A stretch of 64,000 nt of DNA from Bacteroidales bacterium (GTDB lineage: Bacteria; Bacteroidota; Bacteroidia; Bacteroidales; UBA10428), in assembly GCA_041737295.1 (NCBI GenBank), contig JBGSSA010000007.1, positions 17,653-81,652 of the forward strand, written 5' to 3'. The notes under the pieces were generated by a model. That model saw nothing but the letters and a program-made list of their open reading frames with translations. It did no database searches and was not told the DNA's origin. Each line of letters begins with the position of its first letter. Position 1 is the stretch's first letter. The position numbers and the translations under genes are program-made. This document shows positions 9,396 to 18,060 of this stretch, piece by piece.

Positions 9396-12300
9396 ATGAA
9401 CGAAACCGTAATTAATCTAGCCATTCAAACCATTGCGATTTTAAAAACCGCTGTTCAGGAAAAGCCGGAAACTCCTGAAGGAGGCATGATTTACCAATAT
9501 TTTGGGAAGCTCGGAGTTAATTCAGAAGATATAAACCAGGTATACCAGCATTACCGTTCATCCGTAAAAAACATACCGGGTATATCTGTTTGCGACAATA
9601 TATGCCAGGAAATAAATACAATGCTTCGTTTTAATGAGAAGGTCTATCTGCTGTTGCTGGTGCAGGATTGTCTTTCAAAGATGCACGATAAAAAGGATTT
9701 CAAGGAGCAATTAAGCCTTTTATTCAGGGGAATTGGTGTAGACAGCTCACTGATAGACAGATTTCATTCATTCCTGGAGCAAGATGATCCTACACAAATT
9801 GAAAGTGCCGAGTATTTGCTGCTTTCACCACTCGAAACATCACAGGATGAAATACTGGAGGGGCGCTGGATCGAAAGCAATGCTCCCCGGCTAAGGGAAA
9901 ATTACAGCATTTTTGAAGCAGAAGGCTTTAAGGGTTATATCCTTGTGATGTTCGTAGACCAGATTAAGTCGTATGTGATTCGCTGCATGATGCACCCCGG
10001 ACAATTTTTCGACGAGGAAACAAGGCTCCAGTGCAGATTCCGTTTGATAGAACCCGGTAATGAACTCAGTCTGAAAGGGGTTTCCATTCTTACCTATTCT
10101 GACTTAAAAAGCCGGTTTCTGCAGTTTCGGGAAAAAAGGGCGTTATCGCTAATTGCAGACCAGGTTCAGTTCAAATCCTCCAGTGGCACAAAAGAAGTCC
10201 ATTCGTTTATTACTTCAGAAACTACCGGACAGCTTATTGGAATGGTTGGAAAGGAGGGTGTTGGCAAAAGTACACTGCTCAAGTTACTTGCCGGAAAGCT
10301 TAAACCTGATTCAGGTACCATATATATAAACGGGTATGATCTGTGGAAAAATAAATACCTGCTGAAAGGTACTATAGGATATGTTCCCGAAGAAGATCTG
10401 CTGTACGAGGAATTATCCGTTTCAGATAACCTGACTCTTACGGCCAGGATGTATTACAGCAATCTTACAGCCCGTGAACTCGATGCCCGTGTTAACAGCG
10501 TGTTGAGCCGGCTTGATTTGCTTGAACTGAAACATGTTGTTGTAGGCGGAATACTGGGCAAACATATACAACCCGGTCAGCGCCGCATGATCAATATCGC
10601 CCTCGAACTGTTGCGTGAACCGCAAATTCTCCTGGTAGACAATGCATTATCCGGACTTGGTATGGCCGATGCTGCAAAAGTCATCAAGATATTGCATGAT
10701 TACTCCTTCAGGGGCAATCTTGTGATTACAACCATCAGCCAGGCAGACAGCAACACGTTTCGGTTCTTCGATAAAATCTGGATACTGGATGAAGGCGGGA
10801 TTGCCGTATATAACGGACCGGTAAAAGGTGCCTCTGAATACCTTAGCAAACACCTTAAATTGGCTTACCACGAGGTACAGGATGTGGACCCTTCCCAATT
10901 GCTGGACCTTGTAAATTATAAATTACCCGACAGGGAGGGACATGTGTGGAAACGGGTCCGCGAACCGAAAGACTGGCATGATCTTTATCTTCGCGACATG
11001 GTGCTTAAGCAGGACAGGACAGTCGCCAAATCGATGCTGCCTGCCAGGATGCTGAAAATTCCCAATCTCGAAGTTCAGTTCCTTATTTTTTCGATACGCA
11101 ATTTCAAATGCAAATTTTCCAGGCTGAACGACATTATCCGCACTCTGATCACAGGTCCTGCCATTGCACTGCTCATAAGCCTGGCCTTCCACATAAAGGT
11201 TGACGGCGCCTATTCATACACAGCCAATGAAAATATACCGCTTTATATGTTTCTGAGCGTGGTAGTGGCCATTTTCATGGGATTGGTGTTAAGTGCCGGG
11301 GAGATATTGAAAGAACGCAACATGCTTGAAAAGGAAGAATATCTTGAATTCAGCCGTTTCAGTTACATCAATTCGAAAATAATGTACCTGTTCCCTGTTG
11401 TTGCCCTGCAAACATTTCTTTATGTTCTCACCGGCAACCTGATCCTTGAAATTCACGGCATGATGTGGGTATACTGGCTCGTGCTTTTCAGCGCAGGATG
11501 TTTCGGCGTACTTTTCGGATTGACTTGTTCGGCAAGTGTGCAGAATGCGGATGTATTGTATAAAAGGATATTACCCCTTGTGATTGCCCTGCAGTTGATT
11601 CTTGGCGGCGGAATTATACCCTACGAACGGATGAACCTTGGTACGGGCAAATATACCCCGGTACTCGCTGACTTCATGGTAGCACGCTGGGGATATGAGG
11701 CCCTGGTAGTAAAGCAATTTACCGATAATGAATATGAAAAGCTTGTTTATGAAACCGATAAAAATATAAGCCAGTCTTCGTATTACTCGCTACATGTCAT
11801 TCCAAAACTCCAGGAAAGCCTGATTCTTTGTTTGCGATCATTCAATGAGGACAGTATTGCCATGTATACCGGACTCCTGAAAAATGAGATGCTGAAAATA
11901 AAATCCTTTCCTGATATTTTCCGTTTCGAATACTTAAATGACTTGGGGGATCTGAAGAAAATAGAGAATATTGCCGTAGAAACCCATGATTATCTGACCT
12001 ATCTGAGTCTTCATTTTTATGATCAGGCTCAAAAATCGGAGCAGAAAAAAGCCTCGCTTCTTGACAGTCTGGATAAAACACTCGGCACAGCTGCATTTGC
12101 AGCAATAAAGAATCATAATTTTAACCAGGCACTGGAAAAAGTCGTGACGAATAAAGACTACAGTGTACCCTATGTCAGAATTGGAAACGAAATAGTGAGG
12201 ACACAGGATAATATTTTCCAGGAACCTGTTTCCAACTTTGGCCGGGCAAGACTTTTTTCACCAAAAAAGCAACTGAACAACCAGAAAACCGATACGATAT

Positions 12301-12407
12301 GGTTCAATATCTCGGTTATTTGGCTTTTTACTGCCATTTGCTACCTGCTGGTTCTGTTTAATGCAGGGGCCCTTGTTCGGGGATTGAGAAGTTCCGGGGG
12401 GAAATAA
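9396..12407 (+). CDS. ABCG/ABC-2-like fused NBD-TMD protein with degenerate catalytic motifs and extra N- and C-terminal regions
   Basis: 1003 aa. Walker A GKEGVGKST (aa 285-293). Substituted motifs: Q-loop YVPEED, signature IQPGQ, Walker B ILLVDN, D-loop SGLG, H-loop ITTISQ. Five to six TM helices at aa ~590-800, a roughly 200-aa soluble region, then a terminal TM helix. Confidence 0.75.
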   Translation: MNETVINLAIQTIAILKTAVQEKPETPEGGMIYQYFGKLGVNSEDINQVYQHYRSSVKNIPGISVCDNICQEINTMLRFNEKVYLLLLVQDCLSKMHDKKDFKEQLSLLFRGIGVDSSLIDRFHSFLEQDDPTQIESAEYLLLSPLETSQDEILEGRWIESNAPRLRENYSIFEAEGFKGYILVMFVDQIKSYVIRCMMHPGQFFDEETRLQCRFRLIEPGNELSLKGVSILTYSDLKSRFLQFREKRALSLIADQVQFKSSSGTKEVHSFITSETTGQLIGMVGKEGVGKSTLLKLLAGKLKPDSGTIYINGYDLWKNKYLLKGTIGYVPEEDLLYEELSVSDNLTLTARMYYSNLTARELDARVNSVLSRLDLLELKHVVVGGILGKHIQPGQRRMINIALELLREPQILLVDNALSGLGMADAAKVIKILHDYSFRGNLVITTISQADSNTFRFFDKIWILDEGGIAVYNGPVKGASEYLSKHLKLAYHEVQDVDPSQLLDLVNYKLPDREGHVWKRVREPKDWHDLYLRDMVLKQDRTVAKSMLPARMLKIPNLEVQFLIFSIRNFKCKFSRLNDIIRTLITGPAIALLISLAFHIKVDGAYSYTANENIPLYMFLSVVVAIFMGLVLSAGEILKERNMLEKEEYLEFSRFSYINSKIMYLFPVVALQTFLYVLTGNLILEIHGMMWVYWLVLFSAGCFGVLFGLTCSASVQNADVLYKRILPLVIALQLILGGGIIPYERMNLGTGKYTPVLADFMVARWGYEALVVKQFTDNEYEKLVYETDKNISQSSYYSLHVIPKLQESLILCLRSFNEDSIAMYTGLLKNEMLKIKSFPDIFRFEYLNDLGDLKKIENIAVETHDYLTYLSLHFYDQAQKSEQKKASLLDSLDKTLGTAAFAAIKNHNFNQALEKVVTNKDYSVPYVRIGNEIVRTQDNIFQEPVSNFGRARLFSPKKQLNNQKTDTIWFNISVIWLFTAICYLLVLFNAGALVRGLRSSGGK

Positions 12408-12423
12408 GTTGGGGGCTTAATCC

Positions 12424-12700
12424 ACGAAATCTGCATGAGAAGTTTTTGGTGATTATTTCTTTAAACGAAATACGTAAAAATTCTAACGCAAAGTTCGCAG
12501 AGTTATGCGCAAAGTTCGCAAAGGTATCTTTTGAGGCGCCTCATTTTTTTAAGGTCGCTGAGAAATCTCATTGCATTCGATTAACCTCTCCGGAATTTAG
12601 ATACTCTTAATCAGCGAAATCAGCGAAAATCTGCGAGAAAAAAAGCCCCGCAAACTCATATTAATCCCCGAAATCCCAGAGATCCCCGAGATTACATTTC
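12424..12700. repeat. Modular dispersed intergenic repeat, copy A
   Basis: Contains (a)cgcaaag repeats (12486-12522), the 23-bp core gagaaatctcattgcattcgatt (12560-12582) and 9-mer arrays aatcagcga / aatctgcgag (12609-12645). It shares modules with 50672-50900 (inverted) and 58372-58527. Confidence 0.8.
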
Positions 12701-12877
12701 CGGGTTTCCCGAAAAATAATATTCCACATTATTGAAATAGATTATACGCATTAATAGTTAATAACTTATTCAATGTAATCGGAAATGGAAAATAGTTAGT
12801 TTTAATTTCGCAAAAAACGCAACCCTGGATCGGATTCCTCAGTAAAACGGTTTGATACGATGATTTTTTAAAGGCTT

Positions 12878-15800
12878 ATGGATAGGTATTTTCTGAGAAC
12901 GATTTTGATTGTGGGGGCGTTGGTGATGTCAAGCCTGTTTTACCGGTTTATTCCGGATAACAATCTTTTTTCAAAAGGCGATTTTAAATTGAAGGAAACC
13001 AGGACAGATCCTGTTTTCCTCAGTACTCCGGATATTTGGGTGGATTCTGTTTTGAATACATTGACACCCGGGCAACGGGTGGCACAGATGATCATGATTG
13101 CCGCGTATTCAAATAACAATCCGGTTAACGAGAAAGAAGTAGAAAAACTGGTGAGAGAAAATGGAGTAGGAGGTTTGGTTTTTTTCCAGGGTTCTCCCGG
13201 CAGACAGGCCCGCCTGACAAATTATTACCAGTCGGCCTCCCGGATTCCGCTCCTGATCGCCATGGATGCAGAATGGGGATTGGCTATGCGGCTCGATAGT
13301 ACTATCCGTTATCCTAAACAAATGATGCTTGGCGGTATTCAGGATGACAGGCTGATATTCGATATGGGCAACCAGGTCGCGGAGCAATTAAAGAGAATAG
13401 GTGTACACATTAATTTTGCGCCCGTTATTGATATCAACAATAATTCAAACAACCCGGTCATCGATAGCCGTTCGTTTGGTGAGGACAGGAATAATGTAAC
13501 GCGTAAGGCCCTTTTCTATATGATAGGAATGGAAAACAAGGGCATTTTGGCAGTTGCAAAGCATTTTCCCGGTCATGGAGACACGGATAAGGATTCACAC
13601 GACGAATTGCCGGTGATAAAATTTGACAGAAACCGGCTTGACAGCCTGGAGCTATTTCCCTACAAGGAATTAATATATAACGGGTTGTCCGGTATCATGA
13701 CCGGACATCTCCAGATTCCCGTACTGGAATCGCGGGAAAATATGCCTGCCTCCTTGTCCCGTGTTATTACGGATTCATTACTCAGGCAAGAGCTGCAATT
13801 CAAGGGGCTCATATTTACTGACGCCATGAACATGAAAGCGATCTCAAATTCATATAAAACCGAAGAATCCGCTGAACTGGCGATTATGGCAGGAAATGAC
13901 ATCCTGCTTATGCCTGAAGATGTTCCGGGTGTGATCGAAAAAATAGTCAAACAGATACAGAAAGGCGTCATATCCCAGGAAGAAATAGACAACCATTGCA
14001 GACGAATACTGGCTGCCAAATATTTCGCCGGACTAAACCATTATCGTCCTGTAGAACTGGCTAATCTGGGCAGGGATCTGAATAAGCCTGAATACAGGCT
14101 TTTGCAGCGCAAGCTGATCAGTTCTGCTTTAACGGTTCTGCAAAACCGAAGTAACCTTCTTCCGTTATTGCATCTTGATACATTGCGTGTAGCCTCAGTG
14201 GTTTTAAGTACCGATCCGGATACTTCGTTTCAGCAGACACTGGGCCTCTACGGAAAGGTTGATTACTTCCGGCTGAAAGGGGATGGATCTGAAAACATCG
14301 ACAGCATATACAGGATGTTGAATAAGTATAACCTGATCATTGCCAGTGTCCATTCAACAGATATCCGGTCGGTAAAAAAGTACGGGATCAGTGACAACAT
14401 GGTAACTATCGTGGATTCCCTGGCCCGGACCGGAAAACTTATGCTCGATGTGTTTGCCAATCCTTACGTGCTTGACCGGTTTCGAAACCTGGATATGGTG
14501 AAGGCGTTGGTCATGTCCTATGAGAATTCATCGCTTGTACAGGAATTATCGGCCCAACTTATTTATGGCGCCATAAGTGCCCACGGCACCCTTTCGATAA
14601 GTGCCGGAAACTGGAAATCCATGACCTCGGGATTGCCCGTGAATTCTATTGGAAGACTCAGATTTAGCCTGCCCCTGGAAGCCGGGATGAGTGAGGATAC
14701 GCTACAGCGGATCAATGATATTATTGCCGATGCCATATCAAAACAAGCCATGCCGGGATGCCAGGTTCTTGTGGCCCGTCGCGGTATGGTAATCATGAAC
14801 AAGTCCTTTGGCAACCTTGTTTACGGCAATGGCAGCCCGGTTAAGTCGAGTGACCTGTATGATCTGGCTTCCGTGACAAAGGTAGTGGCAACAACCCAGG
14901 CAATGATGCGCCTTACCGATGAAGGGTGCGTTGATATAAGCCAGAAGCTTTCTGCTTATCTTCCTTACCTGGACGAGTCAAATAAGAAAAATATGGTTAT
15001 TCGGGATATGTTGTTGCACCAGGCAGGACTGGCGGCTTTCATGCAGGTATATCTGGCAACCCTTGAACCTGTATTTAAGAATCAGCAGCTTATCAGTAAC
15101 AAGCTGACTGACAGCAACCCGATCAGAATTGGACCCAATCAGTACCTGAACCGGTACACGCGCTATAAAAAAAGCGTCATTTCAAATCATTATTCGGAAC
15201 TATATCCCCTCAGGGTGGCAGAAAATATATATATGGTAAAGTCATGGCCGGATTCAATATATAATGGGATTGCCAAGTCGCCCCTTTCGCAGAAAAAAGA
15301 ATATTTATACAGCGATCTTGGTTTTATGCTGATGAAGCAACTGGCAGACACGGTTACACATGTGCCTTTCGATATATACCTTGATTCTGTTTTCTACAGT
15401 AGGCTTGGAGCCTACAGGTTATGTTTCAATCCGTTGGACCGTTTCTCTAAATGGGAAATCGCCCCTACCGAAGACGACCAGCTGTTCAGGAAACAGCTTG
15501 TACAGGGATATGTGCATGATCCAAGGGCTGCTATGTTGGGAGGCGTAAGCGGGCATGCAGGTTTGTTCGGTGATGCACTGGATGTTGCCAAAGTTATGCA
15601 AATGATGCTGAATCAAGGAGAATATGGTGGGGAGCACTTTATTACCCCGGAAACGATTGAATTGTTTACCGAAAAACCTGTTAATGCAGGAAACAGACGT
15701 GGACTGGGTTTTGATAAACCTGAACCTGATAAGTCGAAGCCCCAGCCGACCTGTGAGGGACCTTCCCCGGCCAGTTATGGTCATACGGGGTTTACGGGTA

Positions 15801-15949
15801 ACATGATATGGGCGGATCCTGCGTATGACCTGATTTATATTTTTCTTTCCAACCGGGTCTATCCTGATACCGAGAACACAAAGCTGGCAGAGATGAATGT
15901 AAGGACCAATGTGCAGCAGGCTGTTTACAATGCATTAATCAAACACTGA
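12878..15949 (+). CDS. GH3 (NagZ-like beta-N-acetylhexosaminidase) fused to a beta-lactamase-fold serine hydrolase
   Basis: 1023 aa. N-terminal TM/signal. GH3 motifs KHFPGHGDTDKDSHDELP and FTDAMNM. The C-terminal half carries SxxK (ASVTKVV) and HTGFTG, as in PF00144-type hydrolases. Confidence 0.85.
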   Translation: MDRYFLRTILIVGALVMSSLFYRFIPDNNLFSKGDFKLKETRTDPVFLSTPDIWVDSVLNTLTPGQRVAQMIMIAAYSNNNPVNEKEVEKLVRENGVGGLVFFQGSPGRQARLTNYYQSASRIPLLIAMDAEWGLAMRLDSTIRYPKQMMLGGIQDDRLIFDMGNQVAEQLKRIGVHINFAPVIDINNNSNNPVIDSRSFGEDRNNVTRKALFYMIGMENKGILAVAKHFPGHGDTDKDSHDELPVIKFDRNRLDSLELFPYKELIYNGLSGIMTGHLQIPVLESRENMPASLSRVITDSLLRQELQFKGLIFTDAMNMKAISNSYKTEESAELAIMAGNDILLMPEDVPGVIEKIVKQIQKGVISQEEIDNHCRRILAAKYFAGLNHYRPVELANLGRDLNKPEYRLLQRKLISSALTVLQNRSNLLPLLHLDTLRVASVVLSTDPDTSFQQTLGLYGKVDYFRLKGDGSENIDSIYRMLNKYNLIIASVHSTDIRSVKKYGISDNMVTIVDSLARTGKLMLDVFANPYVLDRFRNLDMVKALVMSYENSSLVQELSAQLIYGAISAHGTLSISAGNWKSMTSGLPVNSIGRLRFSLPLEAGMSEDTLQRINDIIADAISKQAMPGCQVLVARRGMVIMNKSFGNLVYGNGSPVKSSDLYDLASVTKVVATTQAMMRLTDEGCVDISQKLSAYLPYLDESNKKNMVIRDMLLHQAGLAAFMQVYLATLEPVFKNQQLISNKLTDSNPIRIGPNQYLNRYTRYKKSVISNHYSELYPLRVAENIYMVKSWPDSIYNGIAKSPLSQKKEYLYSDLGFMLMKQLADTVTHVPFDIYLDSVFYSRLGAYRLCFNPLDRFSKWEIAPTEDDQLFRKQLVQGYVHDPRAAMLGGVSGHAGLFGDALDVAKVMQMMLNQGEYGGEHFITPETIELFTEKPVNAGNRRGLGFDKPEPDKSKPQPTCEGPSPASYGHTGFTGNMIWADPAYDLIYIFLSNRVYPDTENTKLAEMNVRTNVQQAVYNALIKH

Positions 15950-15974
15950 TTTTTTTGTATATTTAGAGAAAAAA

Positions 15975-17030
15975 ATGAAACCTGTCATTCACGTTGGAAT
16001 ATTGTCTTATGGAATGTCCGGTAAGGTGTTCCATGCACCGTTGCTACATGTCAATCCCGGCTTTGTTATTTCCAAGATCATGCAACGGACAAGCAATGAT
16101 GCCCTTGAACAGTATCCTTCCGTTGAAATAGTAAGGAATATAGATGATATCCTCCATGATCCTGTTATTGACGTTGTTCTTGTCAATACCCCGGATCATA
16201 CCCATTATGATTTTGCAGCCCGTGCCCTCGAAGCCGGAAAACATGTAGTTGTGGAAAAGCCATTTGTGCTTGAAGTGAAAGATGGGGAATCGCTAATTGA
16301 AATAGCCGCTAAAAAGAAAAAGGTACTTACAGTTTTTCAAAGCCGGCGGTGGGAAGGAGATTTTCTTACGATCCGCAGTATAATAAATCAGAAATTACTC
16401 GGCCGGCTGGTTGAGTATGAGGCTCACTTCGACCGTTTCCGGAATTTTATCCGGGATTCATGGAAAGAAAAAGCGGATAACAAGACAGGCACCTTGTATA
16501 ACCTGGGCTCCCACCTCATTGATCAGGCACTGGTGTTATTCGGAATGCCTTCAGGTGTTTATGCCGATATCCGGAAACAAAGAACCGGTGGCCAGGTAGA
16601 TGATTTGTTCGACCTCAGCCTGTATTATCCTGATGTCAAAGTGACCCTGAAAGGAAGTTACCTTGTACGCGAGCAGGGACCCCGGTTTTTGATACACGGT
16701 ACAGAAGGTTCATTTGTAAAATACGGAGCAGACCCACAGGAAGAGGCGCTGACTGCAGGCCGTTATCCAAATGAAGCGGGATGGGGAACAGAACCGGAGG
16801 AAAAATGGGGGATTCTCAATACAACGGTCGGAGGACTGCATTACAGGGGGAGAATTGAAACACTTCCCGGATGCTATCATCAGTTTTATAATGAACTATA
16901 CGAAACATTGACTTCCGGTAAGGAAATTGCAGTTAATCCCCGGGATTCGCTGAATGGCATTAAAGTGATCCTGGCAGCCTATGAAAGCAGCCGGACTCAT
17001 ATGGCTGTAGATCCAGCCAGATTCTCTTAG
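15975..17030 (+). CDS. Gfo/Idh/MocA-family oxidoreductase
   Basis: 351 aa. N-terminal Rossmann fold (VGILSYGMSGKVFH). VVVEKPF motif. Typical C-terminal alpha/beta domain. Confidence 0.85.
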   Translation: MKPVIHVGILSYGMSGKVFHAPLLHVNPGFVISKIMQRTSNDALEQYPSVEIVRNIDDILHDPVIDVVLVNTPDHTHYDFAARALEAGKHVVVEKPFVLEVKDGESLIEIAAKKKKVLTVFQSRRWEGDFLTIRSIINQKLLGRLVEYEAHFDRFRNFIRDSWKEKADNKTGTLYNLGSHLIDQALVLFGMPSGVYADIRKQRTGGQVDDLFDLSLYYPDVKVTLKGSYLVREQGPRFLIHGTEGSFVKYGADPQEEALTAGRYPNEAGWGTEPEEKWGILNTTVGGLHYRGRIETLPGCYHQFYNELYETLTSGKEIAVNPRDSLNGIKVILAAYESSRTHMAVDPARFS

Positions 17031-17674
17031 CTTTTCATTCCGGTTGAAGCGGGTTTCCCCAGTTTTACAAAATAGGCAACCTTTTCAAGAGAAGTAATCA
17101 TATCAAATTCTTCGAGGTAGATATCATTCGGTACATTAATGTTGTGGGTGGTGAAATTAAGTATACCCTTCACACCGGATCCTACAAGTGCCTTTGTCAT
17201 TTGCTGTGCCGCATCGGCAGGAACCGTCAGCAATGCCACTGAAATATTGTGGCTGTCAATTACCTCCCTCAGTCGTTCAATGGAATAACATTCAACAACA
17301 GATTTTGCGGAACCGATTTTCTTTGGATCTATATCAAAGGCAGCAACCAGCTTTAGCATGGGTCGTTTGTTGAGCAGGTATGCTGAAATAGCCCGGCCAA
17401 GGTTGCCATAGCCCACAATGGCAAGGTTCAGTACATCCACCGGATCAATTATGCCGGCAATAACCCTGATGAGCTCCTGGATATTATATCCTTTTCGTCC
17501 CTGGCTGGCATATCCGATGAACATTAAATCACGACGCACCTGCACGGCGGTAATGTTTTGCATTTCTGCCAATTCATGCGAAAAAATGTGAGTTTTGCCC
17601 TCATCCAAACAGCGAAAAAGAGTTCTTCTGTATTCGCTGAGGCGTTCAATTGTTTTTTCAGGCAGGCTCTTCAT
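17027..17674 (-). CDS. rex: Redox-sensing transcriptional repressor Rex
   Basis: Winged-helix N-terminus (LSEYRRTL...ITAVQVRRDL) plus Rossmann fold LAIVGYGNLGRAI. I chose the start at MKSLPEK (17674) rather than the ORF-track ATG at 17719. The stop overlaps the stop of the convergent gene (TTAG). Confidence 0.85.
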   Translation of the reverse strand: MKSLPEKTIERLSEYRRTLFRCLDEGKTHIFSHELAEMQNITAVQVRRDLMFIGYASQGRKGYNIQELIRVIAGIIDPVDVLNLAIVGYGNLGRAISAYLLNKRPMLKLVAAFDIDPKKIGSAKSVVECYSIERLREVIDSHNISVALLTVPADAAQQMTKALVGSGVKGILNFTTHNINVPNDIYLEEFDMITSLEKVAYFVKLGKPASTGMKS

Positions 17675-17735
17675 AAAACTGTATTTGTTATGTGAGCTAA
17701 AATACAAAAAAATACCCATTTACATGTTTACTGTT

Positions 17736-17743
17736 TAAATTTG
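17736..17743 (+). promoter_or_regulatory. Candidate Bacteroidota -7 promoter box (TAaaTTTG) for the sensor cassette
   Basis: taaatttg matches TAnnTTTG, 46 nt upstream of the 17790 ATG. No clear -33 TTTG. Confidence 0.35.
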
Positions 17744-17789
17744 GATCGGGTACAATCTTTTTTATCTTTACAGCACTTTTGAATAAACA

Positions 17790-18044
17790 ATGAATCATCG
17801 ACGTGAGATTGTAATTTGCCTGGGCAGTTCCTGTTTTGCAAGGGGGAATAAGACCATCCTTAAGATTGTGCAACGCTATATCAATTCTCACGGCCTGACA
17901 GATAAGGTTTTATTCCGGGGTGATCATTGTTTTGGGGAGTGCAGTTCTGGTCCCAATCTGAAAATCGGAGGCAAGATCTATACGCAGATAAGTGAAGAAA
18001 ACATACATCATATTCTTGCGGAAGCGCTTCATGATTTAAAATAG
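17790..18044 (+). CDS. Thioredoxin-like [2Fe-2S] ferredoxin (NuoE/HydC/HfsA-like)
   Basis: 84 aa. Cys pattern Cx4C-x31-Cx3C (CLGSSC ... CFGEC), typical of Trx-like [2Fe-2S] proteins. Confidence 0.75.
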   Translation: MNHRREIVICLGSSCFARGNKTILKIVQRYINSHGLTDKVLFRGDHCFGECSSGPNLKIGGKIYTQISEENIHHILAEALHDLK

Positions 18045-18060
18045 CAAAGGAGGTATTGTT

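Noticed and set aside
17675-17719. The longer Rex ORF start (MGIFLYFSSHNKYSF...).
   Set aside because: The extension is hydrophobic and atypical. MKSLPEKTIERLSEYRR matches the usual Rex N-terminus.
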